This document shows positions 25,340 to 38,400 of a stretch of DNA of 45,766 bases, in pieces. The stretch comes from Gonapodya sp. JEL0774. Lineage: Eukaryota. Within the stretch, counting starts at the first letter, position 1, and every line of letters starts with the position of its first letter. The translations under genes and the position numbers were made by a program. Under the pieces are notes generated by a model. That model did no database searches. It had not been told where the DNA came from and was given only the letters and a program-made list of their open reading frames with translations. The stretch spans positions 248,001 through 293,766 of the forward strand of contig JADIIX010000007.1 of assembly GCA_027604505.1 (NCBI GenBank), read 5' to 3'.

Positions 25340-28300
25340 CTAATTATCTTTGGTAGCCTCTATTATATCGTCAACTCTCTCCATTAATCTATCCGAGATC
25401 CATAACTTCAGCGACCCTCGAGATTGCAACTCCTTAGCGATGCGAGTCACCTGAAGAGCCGCAGATGCCTTGATTGGTTCAGATCCGGGGCAACGCGCCA
25501 AGGGAGCCTCTGCGATCGCGCAATAAAATTCGAGCACGATGGAAATTGTAGAAGAAACAGGCGAGAAACTTTCAGAAGCAAAGCAGAATGAATAAAATTT
25601 CTTTGAGAGTTGTTGGAGGCGGTAGATCTTCGCAAGGGTCTTTCTTGCTTCTGGAAACGAAGCACCGTGAGGTAATATTATCAACTGATTCACAGACTTA
25701 CTCACGGTAGCTCTCTGGCACTGAGGATGTCTGTTTTGCGATAAGATATCTGGCACCACGAGGGCTATTGACCAAACCAAGCCACATGACATTGATCGCC
25801 CAAAGATCCATTGTCACAAAGTAGTCTGATTTAAACTTCTCGCACAGCTGGACAGCCTGGCGCAGCTCTCCCAGTCGCAAGTGCGCTGTTGCCATTATGG
25901 TCAGAAGTTGCACCGAAAACATGCCATAATGATGCTTCGATGTAACCTCTGACATCCGAGTCAACAGCGCATATGCAGGTTCCAGTAATGTGCGCTCGCC
26001 CTTTGAAGAGTCGCCGACCTTCTGACTCTTTTGCGTGGAAGAACCTTTCTGATTCGCAATTGCATTACGAACAATACCACTCATCAGTGTGCAAAAAGTC
26101 CGTCCGTCTACGGCATATCCCAGTTCTACAATCCTTTCCACAATACGCTTGGCTTTATCGATATCTCCAAGTTGAATGCAAGCTTTGATGAGTATATTGT
26201 GGGTGACATGAGAAGGCCAGAGTGGCCGACCGTTCAAAGAAGATAGCATCCGTACAGCAGACTCAGGACCACTTCTTCTCCAAGCTAGCGGTACTTCAGA
26301 AGAAGCAGCCGCATGTGGCAGGAGTGCTGTAGAAGCCAGTGTATTCACAGTGGTCGTATCAATCGCCCTGGAAAGAACGGTGGCGTGACCGTCCAACTTG
26401 CCATCCTTAATGAAATCTTCAGAAAGCCATGAGCGAATGCTTTGACCTGATCTCAGTTCAGCTCCTAGTAGCATGTTCATTGTCCATGTATCTCCACCAG
26501 ACAATTGAACAGCCTCCTTGCCGTCATGCGGTGCAACCAACATATTTTCTTGAGCCCAAGACCAAGCTCCGTTAGTATCTCCAATCTTCAAGTATCCAGA
26601 GAGCACAGCGTTCAACGCTTCTACAGGTGGATTTGAACTTTCCCCAGCATACGCTGCAAGGATGCGCTTTGCATCTTCAACTTTTCCGAATCTGGCATAA
26701 AGGGCAATGATGGGTACACCGATCCACCAAGTATCTGAGAGTTGATGCCCCTTCTGAAGCACTGCCTCAGTCCGTAGTAGCACACTCATCGGAGGGGACG
26801 TTCCTATCAGCCAATCTTCACAATCGGCAGGAATGGGATTGAATTGAGCTGGCAGCGGAGACGGTAGTGTAAGACAGCAGTCGGAGGCATCAGATGGGAC
26901 TTCACGAACGCCACGCGCCAGGGCCGCGATAACTGCAGTCGCACACTTCGATCCGATGATCTCTCCCTGGTTCACAATAACCTGCTCCCACATATGCTGC
27001 CACGCCTGTCTGAAAACAGCCCAATTCTCCACTCTTCCACACGCTGAGAATATTGGCGCATAGCATGCCGAATCCAAACGAGTCACCTGTCCAAGCCGCT
27101 CCACCATTGCTAAAAGAACGTGAACATCTCCGTACTGTGCAACGGTAGCCAAGAGCTGAGATATGCTGTACTTGTCCCACGCGGCACTTGAGCCCATTGC
27201 TGCATCAGAGATAATGGATGCAAGCGGTCGCAAGGACCTGGCCTTTGCGAGAGCGAGGGCAAGAACAAACGATCCACGGGGGTCAGGTGGGTGGTCAGGC
27301 CAATTTTCACGGAACAGTTTGAAATAGTGCACAGCCGCCAAGAGAGATGGCTTTGGATCCGATGCAGAGGCATTTCCCGTTTCTGCCATAGCACCGACGT
27401 GATACCTAACCATCCCCAAGAGAGCTAATGCAGGTAAGTCCGTTTCCTTGCCACCCACGACACATAGGACTTCGCCCCAGTAAAAACCCACAGAGTCCCA
27501 AGATTCTGCCCGGGCATGTGAATAAAGTAACAAGGCCGCCAGGTCAGAATCTTCTTGAGCCTCTCGGCCATGACTCCTAAGAACAGAGGACTCCCGAATA
27601 CGTGTGAAGTAGTTGTCCCCCCTAGAGAGAGATTGACGGGAGGCGATACGGGGGCCGAGAGGGGTGGGCAGCTCAGCAAGAGCGAGATACTGTAAGGCCC
27701 GCCGAGAGATGAAAACGGATCGCGAATGAAGGGATGCTTCAACACGGCGGGACAAACCCGCTGCAGTCAGTGAGTCGGGATGCAGAGCGAGCTGGCGAAG
27801 CAATGCAAGGTATGGGCCTTCTGGTAGCGGTGGCTACAAATATAGAGTGACGATGAATCGCTAAACCCTCCAACCATACCGACAACTCACCCCCGGCCAC
27901 CTCTCCAAATCCCTGACGGCTCCTTCCGGATCCCCGACTGCGATCCTCGCCTCAACAATTTCCGTGGCCATTTCTTGTTCGAGCGGCTGCCTATGAAGAA
28001 CCAATGTCCAATAAAAGTGAAGAGCCGTTTGCGGAAGGACTGCACGGAAAAGGCGGAGGAGGGGAAGATGAGAATATTGGTCATTGTTGATGTTTTTGAG
28101 AGATATGTGAGTAAGCGGAGAGTCTCTGAGTGGTTGTGAGAGCGTGATAAGGGCTTGAGCTGAAGGAGGATCATGAATGAAGTAAGTTTACTTCTCAATT
28201 GAGTGAAAGTGGATCTTGCATCCCTGCCCTACGTGACTCGCAAACACCACTCACCAATAGCACTATTAGCCATTCCATATCCCCTAATAACGTCCGCCCA

Positions 28301-28834
28301 CCTCGCGGCGTCCACCATATCCCCAGCCCTCAGCGACTCCTCAAGGCACGCTAAAAACACTCCATCGTGGGCTCCCTTGAGGGGCGGCGAGCGGAGAAAT
28401 CGGGACGCGAATCCGGCTCGGGACACGGAATTTGTGTGTGCGGGACCAACAGGTGCGAAAGACAGTAACAGCCGACAAGTTGCGGGTGACGCTGTCCATA
28501 AAGTATCTGATTTGCCGAAACCAGAAGTTTGCATCCCAGCTGCCAATATCTCAGCAGCTTGATCTACACGCTGAATGGTGTCAAACAATGCGTGGTCGGG
28601 ATGTCCAAGAAGCAACCACATTGTGACTATCTTATGCAGATCATGGGAAGACCGAGGGAAGCCCAAGACCGATAGCTTAGAGTAGAGCAACGCAGATATG
28701 CGCAGGAGTTTACTGGTGTTGAGTGTGTTTGTGGGGATAGGAGCTGCCTGAGTCGTTACAGATGGAGGTGGTTGCAGGGAAATCGAATCAGAACCAAGCA
28801 ATTTGAGAAGGTTGTCGAGCGCCGTGTCAGCCAT
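25340..28834 (-). CDS. Pentatricopeptide-repeat (PPR) protein, probably organellar RNA binding; multi-exon
   Basis: PPR-like units: CYAPIFSACGRVENW; IIALYARFGKVEDAKRI; ALNAVLSGYLKIGDTNGAW; THNILIKACIQLGDIDKAKRIVERIVELGYAVDGRTFCTLMSG; 701-aa central ORF plus flanking exons with GTGAGT donors. Confidence 0.75.
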
Positions 28835-30599
28835 TCGAATTGTTGCTATCATTGTTGGTGGGGAGACATTTATTGCTTCAATCGCTCTCTCGAGAGAATC
28901 AACGTCGGGTGGTGGTTCAGGGAATGACGCGGATACAGGGCGATTTATCCTCTCGTGGGAGGCGTGGTGAGCGACTGAAGAGAAGCGCCTTCGAGAACTA
29001 CTGGAGGGAGAGTGGAACTGGGCCGAGACTGGCGTTTAAGCGGAAAAGAGTGGACTTCATGATTTTAGACTCGATGAATTTCCGAAACTGGAGGCTCAAA
29101 ACGCACCAAGACGATGTAAAGAATCACTCGTCCTTGTACTCGCACGTATATCCAGTCGGTCCGGATTCATCACGTCAACCTCCGATTTCGATCCTGGACT
29201 GGCGACGACACCCCATCTCGGTAGCGAGGCTTCATAAAACAAAGGTCCGTGGACACACCGATACATGGATGACTTCGTCTTTCCTCTCAGGGCGGCCATA
29301 AATGTCTAAATGCTAACGCATGCAAAAGACGGGTATGGGAGGGACAGGAATGGTTCTGCACCTGGGGCGTGGCCACAGTTTGTCGCTGCGCTCTCTCTGC
29401 CCAAGTCGGTGCGCAAGAGTGGGATCGAATGACGGTAGTCTTAATGGCAGCCAAGTGTCGTTATTGCTTATGGGTTGACCGTACATACTCATGCCTTGTC
29501 AGAATTGCTCTGTTCGGTTATGTAAAAATGCCAGTCGTCTACCCGCCTGTGTGGAGACAAGATTTAGTGTACCAAACCTCGCAAAGCGTCCGCCGCTCGT
29601 CAGAGTAATCTCTCAAAGATTCTTTGTGGCTCGAAATTAGTAGAGTGAAGGGCATCGGAAGCTCGTCCGAGTAAAGTCTTTGTATTGCGCACATATACAG
29701 TACAACCTGTTTCGGGAGCCTTCAGCCGTTCCTTCACGGTTAGACGAAACGGTTCCAGGGTGCGCGCTTTCACGCCGCTCGTCATCCATGGCACCCCATA
29801 ACTGCACGTGCGAGGATTTAAGCTCTACTGCGGACTCTCGTCCGTATTACTATTCGGCTGTCCACTTTTGGTGTCTGGACTCGCAGTAGTGGTGTTCTCC
29901 AGACGGTCAAACCTTCAACGCTCGTTCACCCCCTCTGCCCACTGACACATGCGACGCGCCGCCATCATGGTACATCGGGAGAAGCGGGTCCACGCCAGCA
30001 GTCCGTCTTAACACTACTCGCGAGTCGATTGGGACAACCCACACAGATCGAGCTCGGGTTGTACGCATGAGAGGAAGAGACCGGCGCGGCCGCCAGAACA
30101 GCGATGAAACGAGCTCAGGCGCCGGAGCGCAAGGCGATGATGCGCTCCATTTGGCACTGCACCAATAACGATGTGACAAATGAGCGCAGTTGGTCACATG
30201 GGGTTAAGAAGCGGCGCCCTGACCGAGCCACAAACCCGCACCTAATTATTTGTTATTATTGTACTTTGTCAGTGAATCTCACGCCTGAAATTTACGTCAG
30301 TACTGTAAATAATCGGAGTAAACGACTTCCTTTGTGTTCTGAATGGGTGAGAGATAGTGGAAATGTTTCTGTGGGCTTTTAAATATGGGTCATTCACTCA
30401 ATAAAGTGAGCAAAGTTTCATGTATTATAGTTCCATTTGAGTTGAGCAATTGAGAGGGTCGGTGCATGGACATGCGCTCAGTCTTTGCTAGTAATTCAGC
30501 CAGGCGTGCTGGAACTTGTTCTCTCCAAGCATCGAAGGGATGACGTTGTGGGCTTCAAATGGATCGGATCAAACAAGCATCAAAACCGTGAACACGACC

Positions 30600-32220
30600 T
30601 TGGACTACTAAATCAGTGAATCTGGTGAAGATCAGTGACAGTTGTGGATGACGGGAATGTTCCTATTATCATCAGTCATTTCATTCACTCTCTCTTCAAC
30701 TCCAGCTACGAGGTTACAAATGACCACATTGAATTGGAATCTGCAAGCGCAAACAGTGTGTCTGGTAAACTTAAAAATATGCTCTTATGCTTATGCTTGT
30801 TTTTTTCAAGTTCTGGAGCCCACCTGCCCTTCCACATCAGAGTTAATGGCAGAAAGGGAAGGTTCGGAGATTATGAACCTTGTAAGTTGGCATTTAAATT
30901 TTGCAGTGTCAAATCATACACAATGAAATTGGTGCGCTGCGGGTTGTCCTCATCCTGACTGGTGAATCCAAACTCACCATCACCTCCACTGCAGACCACA
31001 AGCACTGCTGGCATTTTTGTTCCATCTTCCATTGTGCCTGTGAGACTGTAGTGCCAATTACGTCTTTTCGTCACTGAGATTTGAGGGCTTTGCAGTGTTC
31101 CGATTCCTGGAGTGGCGCACTCTGAAACAATGAAACAGAGCTCCCAGGTGATTTGAAAAGAAAGAGGCGTATTGCAGCAAGGTCAATCCAGATTGACAGA
31201 GCTGACATTACAAGAACAGGCATTGATTGGCTCCTCAGAAGTTGTGGAAGGGAGCAATCAAGGAGCAGAAGAGATGAGTCCAAGCAAACTGTCCATAAAC
31301 TCAAAGAATTTACACCATGCCTTGGTGGAAAACAATGCCTTGTTCCCCACAGGCATCAAACTTTGCACCACCAGGAGAGGTTCTCAAAGATCCCATCCCA
31401 TCAGGTCCAAGCAAGGTGTCTGTGTCCTCAGTTGCTCAGTCCAGGAGCGCAGGCATCCAGAAAGATATTGCACCTGTTCTAGTAAGTCCACTCAGAAGTC
31501 CAAAGTTTGACTGGACCTGCGGTAGCTCATAGCTGAAATTGCTATGCATTTTCTACTATTCTGGTTTATCTTTTAGATCTCACAGGACTTGCATGGTCTG
31601 GAAGAATTGCATGTTACCAACACACAGACAGTCTTTGGCGTCCACCTTGGATGGCAAAACAGATGTTGTTGAGTCAGGCCATGTTGAAGCAGCTCACAAG
31701 CAGCCTACGCAATTAGATGTTAATGCGCAGGGCACTTCCCTTGCTCTTTCCACACAACCATCAGGTGCCGCAGGGGAGTCTCTGACCACCCCGAACAAGT
31801 TGCCAACAGTACAGAAGTGATAGCACCACCACCAGTTGCCTCACCCTTATCCATGGCGACCATGAATCCCGTGTCTCACTTGTGCATCTATCCATCAATT
31901 GCCCCTCAGGCTGGCACCTCCGGCTCTGTGCATAGAGTCACTGGCCATGTAGATGGTAATGAAAGGATACTGCCATGGAAAGTTATTCCACTCTACCCAA
32001 TAAATGAGGTCAGACAAAAGTTTCAAGATGTTTTGGTATTGACACCTTGCATATGACCACAGCCCACACATGCAAATAAGGCACACCTAGCTACGCACAA
32101 TAAGATGTCATCTCACTCCATCTCACACTCCAGGCCTATCACTAGGCCACCATCCCATCTTAGAGGGCTGAGACTGATACATAGTGACAGCCCCACTACA
32201 AAGAGAAACTTGTAAGGCAG
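30600..32220 (+). pseudogene. Decayed intron-containing gene relic in CpG-depleted island
   Basis: Short ORF fragments in shifting frames with remnant splice-like sites, many stops, almost no CpG; no recognisable domain. Confidence 0.35.
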
Positions 32221-32239
32221 GAGCTGCTTGCACTCATCG

Positions 32240-34150
32240 CTACTCAAAGTCACGAAACTGCCTGAGGTGAGTGTTTGAATAAACAAAACATGCTCCGAGC
32301 TCGGGTACTGACGTATCTCTTACCTGCAAGGTTCTATGGCCGATGCAATGGACAGGATAAAACCCCCCCATCTTGGTCTCATGCTGGAAAGGGTGGCTCC
32401 TGACCTCAAACATCTTCTCGTGGAGCAGAGAGCTATGATGGATGCCCCATCTCTCTTGAAGTACCTTTGCTGCCACCCATAAAAACAAAGGTGAGCTTTT
32501 GAATGCTTTCCTGTCTCACCTTTGCATAATACAATCTGGCACTCACTTGCAACTCCCAAGGCCTCCTATTTCAGATACTTGCATATTTGCACATGCCTAG
32601 AGCTTATCCGTTCAGTAACCCTGCGCAGCCTGTACATCGGCAGTTGCTGCATAGTGTTAGGGGACGTGCCGCAGGGCAAGAATCGAGGTCCCAATTATAT
32701 GTATTCTGTGTCTGCTCCAGTTGCACCACTGTTCCAACGCGCCTCATACAAAAATATGTCTACACTATACCACGTCCTGCACATCAACACAGTGGTCATA
32801 CAACAACAGGGATGTAAAACCCGCGAACCTCCAGGTCAACAGGATGAAAATCAAGATTTCAGGTTATCACTGGCACACATTAATACACCAACTACACCAC
32901 ACAAAAAGGCAGCAACCGACACAGATGGCAATTCTAGTTCTCTCTGCGCGTCCTTGATGCAATGGAGCTCCTTATAGTCCGGACAGCAATTGCTGTCACA
33001 GGAACAAACGTGATTGAGACCCATGACAGTTGAAAGTCCATATCCCCTTTGGAATCTCCATACGAATCACATTCAAAATCCATGATGAGCAGGTAGTTGA
33101 CCTGGTAATGCAATAGAAGATAGAATTCTATATGTACTATCACAGAGGATGGGTGGTTGATGACTCCAAAACAGTTTTGAATATTTGAGCCCCACCATTT
33201 GGCAAAAACACTCTACAACTACAGTTTTGGAGCTGCCAAACAGGCCCTCAGTTTCAAGCGCTGGAACTTTGGTTCAATGTTCGGACCTACGGCACAAAGA
33301 TTGATATCTTCAGCATCAACTGTCTTTGTCAACATGCTCATCAGTCAATATGCATTCTCACACACTGCTCCACTGGGGTACTCTGGTCTGCTGAGGAAGA
33401 ATGTGCTGTTCTGAAAAATGCCATACCAGTTTTGATTAATATTGTCTGGTGATTTATGTACTTGTTGAATGCTTTATTGTGGATGGTTGACATTAATGTC
33501 CTCTGATGTTCATTCACTGCCCTTTTAATCCTGTCCAAAAATGATTGGTTGGCTCTGACAACCATCAATGCTTTTCACCATGGCTGCCTCAAACAAATGT
33601 GGCAGTACGCTTCAGCTGAGCCAAATGTTGCTTTGCTGGTGACAGTTGCAGGGGAAGTCTTGCTGGAAACAGGTGGATTGGGCCTTTTGTCTGGGAAGTG
33701 GGAGTGTGACTGATACCTTTCCTTTGGCTCTATGTACTGTAATAACCCTTATTTGCTTTGTTCCTCAGTCGTTCACTGGGAATGAATCCAGATCGTCACA
33801 TGAACCACCCATTTTTTCAAGATCCTGTCCTGCAAAATGAGATCCAGGATATCTGTACCCCAACTGAGTTTCAGAAGTTTATTTTGCCATTCCTTTGTGA
33901 CGATTCTCCATTATGGCACTTGAGCCAACTGCAAGTGTCACAGTGAAACAGTCACAAACTCACTCAATGCACTCATGCTCAAAAGTCACATATTTGTGCC
34001 ACGTATTATGGCCACGCAATTCACAATTGAGAATTTTGAAAGCTTGAATGAATGAGTTTATTGTCTTACTAAGGGAGATGACTTTGGGGACATTGATTGC
34101 TTTTGAAGCTTGCAGACCGGCATTGCATTGGGGATGTAAAGAAAACATTG
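32240..34150 (-). pseudogene. Decayed intron-containing gene relic, possibly containing an SF1 helicase motif
   Basis: Broken ORFs with a GTGAGT donor (~33963); peptide QIRVITVHRAKGK at ~33717-33755 resembles UvrD-type motif V; CpG-depleted. Confidence 0.3.
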
Positions 34151-35465
34151 TTTATGCCTAACATTCCATTGAAGTGGGGAGTTGGTGTGTTATAGCTCAT
34201 ACATGTGTGTAGGAACAGAATAACCACCTCTGGTGAACCAGAACAAATAAATGTATAGTGGAACGATAAAAAAAATATGATGTCTAGCTTTGTTCAACCG
34301 AAGAGAAACGGAGTGAACTCCCAAGGTCAGCTAGGTGGATTTTTGCTTCTATTGGCTCCTCCTCTGTTGATGAGATGGGGGTGCTCCAGGGTTGCCGTTT
34401 GCACAAGGTTGCGATGTGAATTGCTGTTGTCATATCTTCTGAAAGCGCTAATGTGGATCCCGCGATGACCAAGGCATCTTCGGGGAAATGATGCCGGATG
34501 AGAGCGGTTCAGGTATGTGTACCAAGACGAAGAGGTCCCGGCGCCAGTTTTGTTATTATAATGAAACCAAAGGATTTATTTCCTAATTTTTTAGGCTGAT
34601 TAAGCAGAGATCGGCTGCTTGATGTTGAGAGCGTTTTTAGGTGTGGGATCCTCTGAGTCTGGAGTTCCGATCGGGAATATTGAGGCTCCCAATTCTCTAT
34701 GAGTGCATGGGGACATGGGCGGCTCCAGGTGCCAGGCATCGACCACTCTTCTCGCGGAGGGCATCCAGTCCGCGCTTTTAATCCCCAACGTCGTGTCACG
34801 ACCACTCTTCGCAAAAGTACTGCGCTGGGACCGAGCTGTGTTGGCCCACCCGGACCCGGGGAGGTCCAAAAAGGCACGATTGGGGTACAGAGTGCGCTGA
34901 GTGGCGCTCGTTCGGGACAAAGAGACGCAAGGAGGAGCCACGTTTCCTGTTCTAGTTGTACAGGCCGTGGTAGTTGAACGGAGGACGCAATAAACTTCCC
35001 TGGCCGGGGAAGAGCTGTGTGCCGAGACTGCGCTAACATTCACAGCAGTGAATCGAATCTGGCTGAAAAGCTGAGCAATGGTGGCGATGCAAAATGGTAA
35101 TGAGGAAAGCGCAGGAAGGGGCGAGTGGGGAGGTGAGGTGAGTGAGAACGACCATCTGCCAAAGTGCACACAGCGGGAAGGGCGTCTTGGGGGTGGCAGA
35201 ATACGGAAGAGCCAGTTCCGTCATCGACGTATCTGGAAGAATCATATCGCCGTGTTATGTGTCGGATGGAGGCTTCCGTTCAGCCCACATATCTTCTCCA
35301 CTCCGATCGGAATTTTCCTCTCCACCTGCCTTTTGTCGAATCACATTTTTGCATGCCATTTGCTGATCTCATCTTCAACTTTCTAACCGGTCACACGCCT
35401 CTTGGACACCAAATTTGCACCGAATTCTATCCTGCATCATCTTCTCGTCTCAGCTTTCTCAGGTT

Positions 35466-38400
35466 ATGTCCCTCCCCCCACTTACCCCGTCCGCCCACGG
35501 CCTTGGAACTGGACCTCCTCCCCAACCGAGCCAACTCCAGTACCAGCACCACTCCCTGTTCCGCCAACCATCGTTTCACCAAACTGGCTACCCACACCAT
35601 CATCTCTCACACACTCAGCACCATTTAAACCCCCTCCCCTCTCACTACTTCGACCCTCCGAACTGCCCCCCCCCCCCCTCGGGGCCATTCCCCCAATGCC
35701 CGCCACCGAAAAGCATATCGCAACCGTGCCCAACAGGGGCCCCCCCCCCGGGCACACCCCCCACACAACAAAACCCACCCCCGCCCCCCGGCAGTGGAAG
35801 CGAAACCGAGACACAGAGCCGGGCCCCCGAGTCACGCAGCCCAGGGGCGGGGGGGGGGGGGGGGGGCGCGGNNNNNNNNNACTTCCCCCACCCCCAATCG
35901 CGACAACCTCCACCTTTGTCTTACCCACCGTTTTCTTATCAGGCTGGGTCGCAATCCCACCAGCAGCGACCAGTTGACATTCCTCTCAGCAATCAACAAT
36001 CCAACGCAAACTACCGCCCTCCCCAACCCCAGAACCTGATCTCCCCGCAATTTTCCTCATATTCCCACTACTCCCCACCATCTCACTACCCTCCACCGCA
36101 ACCGCATCTCTCCCAACCTCCCTTTTCATCCTCTTCCTCTCAACTCCCGCCGCCCAGACAGCTCATATTCCCATCTCCACCTCCCCAATACACGAGATTG
36201 CCCCTCAACTCGTCTGGTCGAGGTGGATTTGCGCCGGGTGGATCCGTGGACCCCACACTTGAGGGACCGAGGAGCTCATACCTTCCTCGTCCCCCGGACT
36301 CGATCATAGGTGGACCGGGTCGAGTCCACCCTGACAACGGGTCGGAGAGCGGCGGTGAAGGCGGGCTGGGAATAAAGCAGTACTCTTCACCAAATCGGTT
36401 CGCTGCTGCGTACTCCTCCCAACAGCAGCCGACTTTCTCTGCGCCTGTTCCACCTTCGCTCCCCCCGTACAATAGCCAACCCCAAAAATCACATCTTCCT
36501 TCCCGATACCCCTCCCTCTCCTTACCGGCTCCTATATCCGAATTGCCAGCTCGCTCTGGCTCTGGGGGGGAAGCAGACGGTGATCGGGAGATGGAATGGG
36601 AACGCAATAGAGATGGCGAAATAGGAGGAGAAAGGGACCGGGATCCTGCACATTTGACCGGGTCCCTGCCTCAGCCCCAATCTGCTATACTGCTCCACCC
36701 GCCACCTCGTGGCCCTGGTCCTGGTACTGGTACATCACACACGACGCAACACCCAACCTACTACCACCACCAACAGCCGCAATTCCTTCCGCAGCTCCCA
36801 CAACACTCTTCTTACCCACCTTACAGTGGCCCCATGCCAGCTCAGTTTGGGGCACACGGTCGCTCAGACTCTTCATGGGGTTTACAATCTGTGTCTATTG
36901 CTAACGGCAACGGGAGCGTGGGAGGGGTCGGTGAGTTCTGTAGTGCGAGCAATTTATGCTAGAACCTTTTGCGCCAACGTCCCGTGATATGACAGATTCC
37001 GCCTTGCCGTCCCACTCCCACTCTCGGCCATCACCTACCGCCATGTCTGAAGCCCATGCTACGTCGGCTCATGTTGCTCCTGCTGGGAATGTGGCGCAGA
37101 ACTCAACCTTCCCGCATTCACACCATTTACATATTTCGCAACATATCCCGAGGCAGCTGCCGCATCAGGAAACAAATTCTTCCCACCCCGCCCCTATCCA
37201 CACACAACAACTCCGACACGACCAACTGCCTGTCTTGCTTTCACGTCCGTTGTCCAGGCAAGCGCATTCCTCTGCCCAGCATATCCAAACCGATAATGTG
37301 TCTTCTACGATTAGTGGTGACAATAATTGGCGTGCGATACCGGGTAGCACTCAAATGTCACCGGTTAGCCAACCGGGACCTCAGAGCGCGGCGACAAACT
37401 CCTTGGGGCATCAGATTTTGCATCGTGAGGGTTCGGCTAGCGCAAGAGGCGTGGTGGAGCAGACAGCGCCATGGGATACGAATCCAGAGCGGGAGCGGGA
37501 ACGTGGGATGCACAGGATCGACCAAAAGACGGACTCGGGTGCGGACAACATCATTGTTCGAATGAAAGGGGAGGTGAAAGGGGACAAGCAGCTGTACGGC
37601 GCAACGCAGATTGTAGTTGGAGAAGCGGAGTGGGAGAAGACCGCGCCGAACGGGAAACATCATCGGGAACCCGGCGTTTCCGCCAAACGCCCTGGAAGCC
37701 ATCCGACTCCCGTCCCTTCCCCACCACCCAAGCGCGCTAGAGTTACCACTCCTCCCCTTCGCCTGTCGGTCTCGAATCGTCGGGAGAATCTCGACAGTGA
37801 TCAGATCCACTTGCGTCGGCCTTCATCACCCAGAGAGCCGCTATCACCTCCATCATTAGCTGATGACGCCGGACAACTTGACAAGACAATGGTGGTGACG
37901 GCGTTGGTGGCGGCTAGAAAATCTTTGGGGGTGTTTAGAGGTGCGAGATGGGCACGGGAGGTAGAAGCGAAGCTGAAGATGGTGAGAAGGAATGAAAAGG
38001 TAGAGGACGATGGGGACGATGAGGTGGATGAAGCCGTTGGTAGGATGAAGAAGACTTTAGAGCAGAAATTGGAGGAAGCGAGACAAAGGTATTCGCGATC
38101 CTCTCCCTGGTGGCCAAGGAATAGAACGGGTGGGAACTTTGCAAGTGGCGCTGACGCTGTGAATGGCATTGACAGCAAAAGTAGTGGCCATGAAAGGGAG
38201 GAAAAGTCGCTTGAGCTTGCTCGCACGAATACGACAGCCAAGGACCGGCTGCACGAACAAGGACAGTTAGGCCAAGCGAAACCTTGGAGCTGGAAGTCGT
38301 TCGATGGGGCAAAGTGGGAGGGAGATTTGGGATTGAATTCTGCCGCCGGACAACGTGTGAATGGTGTTAGCGAAGGGTACAGAGGAGACCAAGATCGTTG

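Noticed and set aside
28840..30382. Several 60-150 aa ORFs between the PPR gene and the island
   Set aside because: No domain similarity or coherent splice structure; probably promoter or intergenic DNA.
30420..34275. Possible terminal inverted repeat of the CpG-depleted island (TTATAGTTCCA near 30425; TGGAACGATAA near 34260)
   Set aside because: A 10/11 match with no target-site duplication is compatible with chance, and no transposase motif was seen.
35660..35880. Poly-C/poly-G tracts with three open frames
   Set aside because: Adjacent to the N gap; typical low-quality sequence rather than biology.
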